Assembly (NCBI GenBank): GCA_040771865.1
Contig: JAXGZF010000009.1
Coordinates: forward strand, 1 to 64,000
Direction: 5' to 3'
Source: Desulfobacterales bacterium
GTDB taxonomy: Bacteria > Desulfobacterota > Desulfobacteria > Desulfobacterales > UBA2245
Length of the DNA stretch: 64,000 nt
A program made the position numbers and the translations under genes. Below, piece by piece: positions 57,501 to 64,000 of the stretch. The notes beneath the pieces are model-generated. The model made no database searches and was not told the origin of the DNA. It was given only the letters and a program-made list of their open reading frames with translations. The first letter of the stretch is position 1. Each line of letters starts with the position of its first letter.

Positions 57501-58366
57501 CTCCCCAGGATCCCCTCGTTCTCCCTGAGAGATTCCTCAGCCCGCTTGCGCTCGGTGATGTCGCGATCGAAAGCGCATGCCGTCCAGCGGTCGTTGAACT
57601 CAAAATATTTGCTGCAGACTTCGACCGGATAGATGCGTCCGTCCCTGGCAAGGTGACGCGATTCGAAGGTCAGGGTTCCGTGACGCCGCAGCTGCTCTTT
57701 ATGCCGATCAAATTGGTCAGATGGGATGTTCGGGTCGATATCAAAGATCTTCATTGTCATCAGTTCATCGCGGGAGTATCCCATTGAACTGCAGGCGGTT
57801 TCGTTTGCGTATACGATGCGGCCCTCGTCATCCACCCAGAGAATGCTTTCCGGCGCTTTGTCCATGGCGAACTGCGTTCTCTTCAGAGCGTCTCTTTCGT
57901 TTTTCCGTTCGGTGATATCAATGAAAAAACCGCTCCAGAGAATGCTGCCGTCCGGCAACTGCTCCGGGGTGGAGCGAACTTCAATCCAGATTTGCCGTTC
58001 ATCGATAAAGAACCTGAGTACGGCATGGTAGGGCGTTAGAGAATTCGCCGATTCCAGAACGCCCTTATGAAACCTGTCGATGTCTTCGGGGTGTATTTTG
58101 CCGACAAGAACGGAAGCGTCCCGCATGGCGTCTTCAGGCGATATTCCCGTTACGGCGCGCAAAGAATCGTTTATATATGGGAAAGAATAGGTTCCGTCCG
58201 GCGCCATCATGAACTGATAAACAACACCCAGCGATTTATCCGAAAGTTTTTTGTACTTGGCTTCGCTCTCGCGCAGCGCTTCCGCAGTCCGCTTCGCCTT
58301 GTCTAATTCCGCTTCCAGCGTTCTGATTCTTTCTTCCAGGTCTTCACAGGTGTATTTTCTAGTCAT
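54596..58366 (-). CDS. Hybrid sensor kinase (3xPAS-PocR-2xPAS-HisKA-HATPase-REC)
   Basis: Repeated DITE/DRK PAC ends, PocR SNFCRLC, AHDLNN, GTGLGL, receiver. GGAGGAG RBS favours a start at 58366 over 58384. Confidence 0.9.
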   Translation of the reverse strand: MTRKYTCEDLEERIRTLEAELDKAKRTAEALRESEAKYKKLSDKSLGVVYQFMMAPDGTYSFPYINDSLRAVTGISPEDAMRDASVLVGKIHPEDIDRFHKGVLESANSLTPYHAVLRFFIDERQIWIEVRSTPEQLPDGSILWSGFFIDITERKNERDALKRTQFAMDKAPESILWVDDEGRIVYANETACSSMGYSRDELMTMKIFDIDPNIPSDQFDRHKEQLRRHGTLTFESRHLARDGRIYPVEVCSKYFEFNDRWTACAFDRDITERKRAEESLRENEGILGSIFEAAPVGVALLKDRVFKKVNKALCRITGYSEEDMLGMTTRLHFPDDEEYQRVGRDLYEMAAREGTGVMDAVIRRKDGELIDVVLSLSPFNSEDFSAGVCAVVQDITDRKRAEAALEKRILALTRPLDDAAGIVFEELFNIDDIQRLQDEFAQATGVASLITHTDGTPITSPSNFCRLCKDIIRKTEKGLANCMRNDSVVGRAAVHGPNIRLCLSGGLWDAGAGISVGGIHIANWLIGQVRDETQTEENMRRYAREIGADENDLIDAFREVPVMSREQFEHAAQALYTLANQLSNFAYQNIQQARFITERRQAEEALRESEIRHRSILENTGTTMLILEEDMTISFANAEFEKLTGYRLQDVVGVKKWTEFIDKSDLERMIHQHRLRRTADANLAETSYEFRLVHRDGHLKDIYLIADMIPGTKQSVTSLIDITDRKRAEEELRESRRKLEDIIEFLPDATMVIDKDGSLIAWNRAMEIMTGVKKEDMLGKGDYEYALPFYGDRRPVLIDFALHPNLETEKQYTALQRFGDSIFGEAYTPNLPSGNVHLSGMASVLRDSRGEAVGAIECLRDNTERKRLEERLKRAEKMEALGTLAGGVAHDLNNMLGVVVGYSELLAEKLPDSSPLKKYADNIHQSSIRSAAIIQDLLTLTRRGVTVSEVVDLNRLVFDYLRTPEFESLHFYHPEVRIRTELEDGLLNIKGSPVHLGKTIMNLVSNAVEAISGEGEVIIRTESRYLNQPIEGYDEMQEGDYAILSVSDTGGGISAEDLGRIFEPFYTKKVMGRSGTGLGLAVVWGTVKDHRGYIDVRSEEGRGSVFTLYFPVTREDLPKVEKAVLPDSYASRGESILVVDDVKEQRELARNMLERLGYRVEAVAGGEEAVEYLKRNKADLIILDMIMDPGIDGMETYRRMLEINPGQKAVIASGFSETDRVQKTLEMGAGAFVRKPYILEKIGLAVRKELDRKPEQ
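54610..55671. repeat. 1062-bp near-identical direct repeat, copy 2
   Basis: Colinear with 41555-42616. Confidence 0.95.
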
Positions 58367-58753
58367 AGATATGAGCTCCTCCATACACTTAGAAATCAGT
58401 CTTCAGCTCGACTTGTTTTCCCCAAGACCTTAGACGGAAGGGTGTGTGTTCCAGTTTCAGAATGTTTCCCGACAGCGCTGGAGTATTTTCAACCCTTATT
58501 ATTTAAATTTTGCATACTTCTGAAATTTCATCAACTGAAAAGCGCCGAATATATCTAACTGTATTTCTCAATGGTTATATTTATCAATTATATCAACATA
58601 ATGAATAATTAGCTAGCAATAGCGATTCGTGGTTCTGACAGGTTGGCATGATGTGGTATTCATGAATGAGGACGACGCGCTGCATATTGAATGCTTTGCT
58701 GCACACGCGGCATGGGAATGGTGCGTCTCACGCAAAGAGAAAAATGAAATCAT

Positions 58754-61354
58754 TCATCGCTCAAAGCAGCAGACAACCTTCTGGCTGAGCGCATCGGCAA
58801 ACAGAATAATGCCGGCATGACCTTCGCAGACCTCGGCCGTTTCGATGACCTTGACGGCGTCCGCCCACTTTTCCGCGGCAGGAACCAGTTCAAGAAGCCG
58901 GTTCGGAGACGTTTCAAACCATTCGGTACGAAGGTAGTTGTCTCCCCCGTGCGGGAGCAGAGCGAGGTACAGCATATCTGTTTCCACCAGTTCGTTGAGA
59001 AAATGCGTTCCCAGAGAGACGTCCGGCACGAGGTTCTCGTGCATGGCCACGATCTCGCAGAGCACGGAGATTCGGTTGATTGCCGCAAAGACGGCGGGAA
59101 TGCCGAGAAAGGGATCACTGGTTCCCCATCTTCCAGGTCCCAGAAGCATGATGTCGCCCGCGGCCGGACCCGGAGCATGATTGATCTTTCCGATCAGCCT
59201 GGCCACCTCATATCGATCCTGGCGGGGAAGCCGGCCATAAACTTCCGGAACCACATAGATAAACCGACCGATGCGGATGCGGCGGCTGTGCCCGATCACG
59301 GCGCCGGACGCCTGTATGATGGTGTCGGCTTTTGAAACGCTCATTGGAGCAAGCTGGGGCGATTCCATGCCCTTGACGGGAAGGTGCCGGCACTGGACCA
59401 GGTGGATCCTGTAGGAGCCATCGTCTACGAAGTTCAGCGTAAATTCAATATCCACCGGATAGTCATAGGCTTTCTGAAGCACCCGCAGCATTTCACGCAT
59501 ATCGGCGACAAAATCGGTGGCCGAAAGCAGCCTGTCAAAGGTCAGGACCAGCGCCCTGCCGGCATTGCCGGACTCGGCGCGAAGCGTTCTGTCCTCGGAG
59601 GCGAACAACTCGATCGGAAAGTCATGGCTTTCCTGAATCACATCGAGGAAATGGCCGGACATGGGCCGGTTGGCCTGAAGATCCAGGTAGTCCACCCGCC
59701 GCTGGGCGTACTGGCGGATCTGCTCGAAATTGGATTCCGGACGCTTCTGCGGAGCGTTCAGGGCCACAAGCCGGGTGTAGTCGTCATCCGACCGGTCGAC
59801 GGCACGGGTTCCCAGGCCGAAGACCAGCCTCAACACGCCCGCCTTGGGATCGATGCTCTCGTTCCAGGCATACGGATTGAAGGAAAAACCCACGCCGGCG
59901 GCCTGAGGATAGTAGTAACGGCCATGCACCGCGCCGGAAACCCGCATGATCAGGAGCGCCATCTGCTCATCCTGGTTCAGAAGATCCCGCTGTTCGCGGT
60001 ACCGCAAGGCCTTTTCGCTCATCGTGCTCGCGTAGATCGTTCGAATCGCGGACAGAAAGTCATCCAGCCGGCGCTCCCTCGGCCCCTGGTTCGGGCAGAA
60101 CACGCTCTCATACTTTCCGGCAAAGGAGTTGCCGAACTGGTCTTCCAGCAGGGAACTGGAACGGACGATGATCGGCGACTGGCCGAAATAGTCCAGTATC
60201 TGCTCGAACCGCTCCAGAATGTGATCCGGAAACTGTCCAACGAGAATCCGCTGGCGGGCCTGAACAGCGCCTTCCAGAAATGTCTGCGGATTTCGCTGCT
60301 TCTGACGCAGCCACCAGACGCCGTTTCGAACCAGATAGGTGTAGAACACATCGGAGCCGACATAAAACGAATCGTGATCTTCAAGCAGTTCGGTAAATCG
60401 GGACGAATGCCGCTGGAGAATGTTGCGGGCCACCAGCATGCCGACCGTTTTTCCGCCGATGAGTCCGGTGCCGACCATGCGTTTTCCGATGGCAAGAATG
60501 TCTTTCAGTGTGAAATAGCGCGAGACGAGCCTGAGCACGTCCGGATCACGTGAAATGGCCATGCGGCTGAGGCGGCGGAAGGTCTCATGCTCCTTCTCCG
60601 CGGGGCAGGCGCCCCCTCTCACCGCATCGAGGGTCTGCTCGGCTTCGGTAAAGGACCGTTTCCAGAAACCCGGCCGAATGTCGGAGTGAAGGTCCGACCA
60701 GTTCACTGACGTGAGGATCGAAGAAATCAGCACGCTGGAGGTTACGGGCCTGAATTCATCCTTATCCCACACGTGCAGCATGTTCATCGTTGAAGAGTAG
60801 CGGAACTGCACCTTGATCGGATGTATGTAGATGGCGCCGCGGTGGCGGTAGAGTTCCAGAAACAGCTGCGTGGTTTCGATAATGGGACGGATGGCCTTGG
60901 AACTGTGAAAATTCCGGAAGATCGCGAAATAGGCCACCGTCTCCAGATCATAAAGGTATGGGCAGGTGAGCATGAAAAAATTGCCGAGCATGGCATCCGA
61001 ATACCAGTCGGCCGCCAGTTCCGACAGGCAGTCAAAGACATACAGCGCGCCGCGGCCGGCGTTCTCGATCACCCCGTGAATTTTCGCAATGAAGGTCTCG
61101 AAGCTGTCTGCGGGATCCAGCGCATGCATCTCGATGCGGTCATCAGGGTCCACCAGGGGCGGGTGGCTGGCAAACCGGAAATAGACGATCTTCTGGCCGG
61201 ACCGCACCGCCGCCCTGCAATACGGTGCAACCACCGTCATGTAGTCTTCAATCGTCTCCACCTGCCAGACGATGTTGTCCCCCGGAAGGATGCCCTTCAG
61301 GGCCCGGTCCAGACCGGGAAGGCCCGTGGTGAATGCCATGCCGTAGTCGCTCAT
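58754..61354 (-). CDS. PEP/pyruvate-binding (PPDK N-terminal-like) domain protein
   Basis: IGGKTVGM, IVRSSSLLED, FAGKYES, VFGLGTRAV, PVDIEF, LGPGRWG, SLGTHF; AAGGAG RBS. Confidence 0.85.
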   Translation of the reverse strand: MSDYGMAFTTGLPGLDRALKGILPGDNIVWQVETIEDYMTVVAPYCRAAVRSGQKIVYFRFASHPPLVDPDDRIEMHALDPADSFETFIAKIHGVIENAGRGALYVFDCLSELAADWYSDAMLGNFFMLTCPYLYDLETVAYFAIFRNFHSSKAIRPIIETTQLFLELYRHRGAIYIHPIKVQFRYSSTMNMLHVWDKDEFRPVTSSVLISSILTSVNWSDLHSDIRPGFWKRSFTEAEQTLDAVRGGACPAEKEHETFRRLSRMAISRDPDVLRLVSRYFTLKDILAIGKRMVGTGLIGGKTVGMLVARNILQRHSSRFTELLEDHDSFYVGSDVFYTYLVRNGVWWLRQKQRNPQTFLEGAVQARQRILVGQFPDHILERFEQILDYFGQSPIIVRSSSLLEDQFGNSFAGKYESVFCPNQGPRERRLDDFLSAIRTIYASTMSEKALRYREQRDLLNQDEQMALLIMRVSGAVHGRYYYPQAAGVGFSFNPYAWNESIDPKAGVLRLVFGLGTRAVDRSDDDYTRLVALNAPQKRPESNFEQIRQYAQRRVDYLDLQANRPMSGHFLDVIQESHDFPIELFASEDRTLRAESGNAGRALVLTFDRLLSATDFVADMREMLRVLQKAYDYPVDIEFTLNFVDDGSYRIHLVQCRHLPVKGMESPQLAPMSVSKADTIIQASGAVIGHSRRIRIGRFIYVVPEVYGRLPRQDRYEVARLIGKINHAPGPAAGDIMLLGPGRWGTSDPFLGIPAVFAAINRISVLCEIVAMHENLVPDVSLGTHFLNELVETDMLYLALLPHGGDNYLRTEWFETSPNRLLELVPAAEKWADAVKVIETAEVCEGHAGIILFADALSQKVVCCFER

Positions 61355-61543
61355 GCCGTTTTCTCCTTGTAAACAGAAGGTGTTTTTCGCAGACAAGCGC
61401 CTCGTCTGCGCTGCCAGTTTATGGATAAGGATGTCTGCCTGTCAAGAAAATACCTCTCCACCTCCATCCGCATCTTACCAGGGGCAGTGAAGTGTGTCAC
61501 TATGGCCGGAGAATGCCGCAAACCCCTTCGAGAAAATCCGGAA

Positions 61544-61754
61544 ATGCAGAATACCTTTGTCATCAGAAAATTTCAGCCATCTGATGCGGATGCGTGTTTT
61601 CAAATCCGGATCACGGATGACGGCCAGCACGGCCGTTCCCCTTCTGAACCAGGAATTTTATATAAAAATCGACTTTCACCGCTGCGGCGAAAGCGAAAAA
61701 GACTCCCCGGACGGCCCGGTCCGCGTCGTTTATTTTGCAAAAGATTTGATATAG
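61544..61754 (+). pseudogene. Possible internally deleted GNAT acetyltransferase remnant
   Basis: MQNTFVIRKFQPSDADACFQIR in one frame and TAVPLLNQEFYIKIDFHRCGE...YFAKDLI* in another. Confidence 0.4.
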
Positions 61755-61887
61755 AATCCGCAATGGATTGGTTGCTTCAGGATCTTGCTTTTCAGAGAAA
61801 ACGGGAAAGCAAAGAGGGTTTGCTTCCCCGTTTTCTCAAGAGCGATCGTTCAAAACCCTGCGCTGGCAGAAAGCATCACCATGCCGT

Positions 61888-63213
61888 TTACTTGGGCAGC
61901 TGCGCTCCTACATCCGCTTTTGCGCCGAAGAGCTTCAGCGCATCCTCCATGGGATAGCGGTTGGCGAACATCGAAACCCGGGTAATCAGCTTGCCCTGTT
62001 TGGGCAGCCCGTAAATCTCGCGCAGAACATTGGCCGGAGAGTTGGGATCGTAGTCTTCCTGTTCGCTGTAGCGTGCGTTCAGGTAATTCTCGAAGTAAAT
62101 CTTGTTGAGCGGCAGCGGCTCACCCAGCATCTCCGTATTGTTTTTGCAGCTGGCCAGCCCCAGATCGGCGCCCACATCCTCGATCTTCACCCGTTCCATC
62201 CTGCCTGCCGCTGATTTGCCGGGTTCAACGTAGAGCAGCGGCGCCTGCTTGTTCATGAAAATGATGTTGTTGTCGATTTTGATCCATTCGTTCAGATTGC
62301 CTCGGGTGTGATCAATGCCGGTCAGCACATTGCAGCCGATGAGATTGTCATGAATATCGTACGACAGCATGGTCATGATGCGAACACCGTAGCCCATATC
62401 CGCAAAATCCTTCAGACGGCTCCAGGTGAACATGATGGTGTTGCTGGCGATCTCCACATGCCCGTCTTTTGAGATGGGGCCCTTGGGACCCTTCTTTCCG
62501 CCTGTTCCGAAAATTTCAATCGCGGCCATTTTATTGGCCATAAACACATTGTTGAGTATTTTTACGGTTCCTTTTTTCAGGCCGCCCTGAATGCCGAAAT
62601 GGCCGTTTAGAAAAGCACAGTTGCGGATGGTGATATCGCCTTCGACTTTTGCATTGACCTTGTTGGTGAAGCATACCAGCGGTTCGTGCACCGTGCTGTT
62701 GCCGGTAGAAGGTTTTTCGGTTTCAGAAAGAAGGCGACCGCCCAGGTTTTCGATAACGCCATCTTTCGGAGAATAGGCATTCTGATCACCCCTGTCGAAG
62801 ATGAAACCGTCCAAAATGAAATGGCTGCCGGCCGGCACGTTGAGTATGCTCAACAACGGCTTTCTGCCGCTGGCCGCAGAATCATTGTTCGGCGCCACGA
62901 CGGTCGAATACTGAATTAGATCCCTGGCCGAAAAATCAGACGCATAACCGCCCATCAGCTCTACAGGCTGGGGAGCTTCCAGAAACCCCTTGTCCCGCAG
63001 GCCGGTGTAGTTGCCCTGCGCCACGAATATTTTGTCGCCCGGCTTTGCCGCCTTAAACGCCGATTCAAGATTTTTAAAAGGCGCGTCCCTGGTGCCGGCA
63101 TTCTGATTATCGCCCCTGTCCTTGGCTACATACAGATCTGCTGCGTTGACGGAAATCATACAGGCAAAAAAAGCAACCGACACAAACAAAGCTATTTTGA
63201 CTGAACGAAGCAT
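61888..63213 (-). CDS. Exported DUF1565-like / right-handed beta-helix protein
   Basis: Signal peptide, LYVAKDRGDNQNAGTRDAPFKNL, VAQGNY, repeated I.NN.I strands; AAGGAG RBS. Confidence 0.8.
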   Translation of the reverse strand: MLRSVKIALFVSVAFFACMISVNAADLYVAKDRGDNQNAGTRDAPFKNLESAFKAAKPGDKIFVAQGNYTGLRDKGFLEAPQPVELMGGYASDFSARDLIQYSTVVAPNNDSAASGRKPLLSILNVPAGSHFILDGFIFDRGDQNAYSPKDGVIENLGGRLLSETEKPSTGNSTVHEPLVCFTNKVNAKVEGDITIRNCAFLNGHFGIQGGLKKGTVKILNNVFMANKMAAIEIFGTGGKKGPKGPISKDGHVEIASNTIMFTWSRLKDFADMGYGVRIMTMLSYDIHDNLIGCNVLTGIDHTRGNLNEWIKIDNNIIFMNKQAPLLYVEPGKSAAGRMERVKIEDVGADLGLASCKNNTEMLGEPLPLNKIYFENYLNARYSEQEDYDPNSPANVLREIYGLPKQGKLITRVSMFANRYPMEDALKLFGAKADVGAQLPK

Positions 63214-63360
63214 AAGTGTTCTCCTTCTCGTTAATAAAAGATGCCTTGCTGATGGCTGTTTTCGAAGAGCGACTCAAGGTTGAAAGACCTATCAATTGCG
63301 AAAGAAGACCTTTTAATTCCAATATGATGGACTGTGGCGAGGCTGTATCGTCAGACGGTT

Positions 63361-63867
63361 TCATTCTCCCTCAAACTTATCCTTAAGCTCCGAAATTTCC
63401 CTTCTTAACCGCGTATTTTCTTCGGTGGTTTCACGAAGCCGTTTGGCGAGTACTTCCGCAAACAAACGGTAAATGCTGTAGCTCAAAAAGACCTCATTGG
63501 TTTTCATCTTCCGGTCCAGAAGAGCGGCATCCAGCCCCAGAACCAGCGAATTTTCAAGAGCCCGGACCGATGCGGACCGGGGCGAACCGTCAATAACGCC
63601 CATTTCCCCGAACAGATCCCCGCTTCGATCCAGCGTACCGATCACCTTGTCTCCCTTGACGATCTCCAGAACGCCAAGAATTAAAAAATATACCGATGAG
63701 TCATAGTCGCCCTCGCGAATCAGCACCTCTCCGGCCATGCATTCCCTGATTTTGGCAAGCTGCTGAAACGTATGCAGATCATTGTCGGAAAACATATCGA
63801 AATTCTTGAGTTTCCTCAGAATACGAATCATGCGGTCATCGTTGTGACCAAATACAATCTCTTTCAT
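63361..63867 (-). CDS. Stand-alone cyclic nucleotide-binding domain protein
   Basis: GEVLIREGD, GDLFGEMGVIDGSPRSASVRA, coiled-coil tail, no HTH. Confidence 0.88.
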   Translation of the reverse strand: MKEIVFGHNDDRMIRILRKLKNFDMFSDNDLHTFQQLAKIRECMAGEVLIREGDYDSSVYFLILGVLEIVKGDKVIGTLDRSGDLFGEMGVIDGSPRSASVRALENSLVLGLDAALLDRKMKTNEVFLSYSIYRLFAEVLAKRLRETTEENTRLRREISELKDKFEGE

Positions 63868-64000
63868 TCCGACCTCCGGCGACAGGCGTTTTTTTAAAAC
63901 TCAATTACCACAGAAAACAAACTCTGTCGTCGGTATTTTTCGTTCATTGTCTGTCTTTGCCGCCATGCCGGCACGCCGCAGGCAACCGCGCTTTGCATTC

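Overview
A GC-rich bacterial chromosome segment, probably from Desulfobacterota (inferred from gene content only). In order it carries: (1) a DUF2760 / Hsp70-like operon whose middle gene has collapsed to a 45-codon remnant; (2) an Mla/Pqi-type lipid ABC operon and pgi; (3) a recC-recB-recD operon translationally coupled to a class I adenylate cyclase-like gene; (4) a ~6.6 kb accessory island (20.4-27.0 kb) with an intact IS5-family element, a decayed integron (intI 3' remnant, attC remnants, cassette-like genes), a RAYT/Y1 transposase with perfect 25-bp inverted ends, a RelE-type toxin-antitoxin pair, a DUF4143 ATPase with 22-bp periodic upstream repeats and hsdR remnants; (5) marC, a GuaA homologue lacking glutaminase catalytic motifs, and small metabolic genes; (6) an RND efflux set, an HD-GYP protein and a probable UGA-recoded selenoprotein that the ORF track misses; (7) a signalling cluster with FIST proteins, three hybrid kinases (two are mosaics sharing near-identical DNA blocks), and an SH3 / M48 / CHASE2-adenylate cyclase operon; (8) a PEP/pyruvate-binding-domain protein, a DUF1565-like protein and a stand-alone cNMP-binding protein. 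A 145-bp MITE occurs twice. I saw no rRNA, tRNA or CRISPR array. All family assignments come from motif recognition by eye, not database searches.
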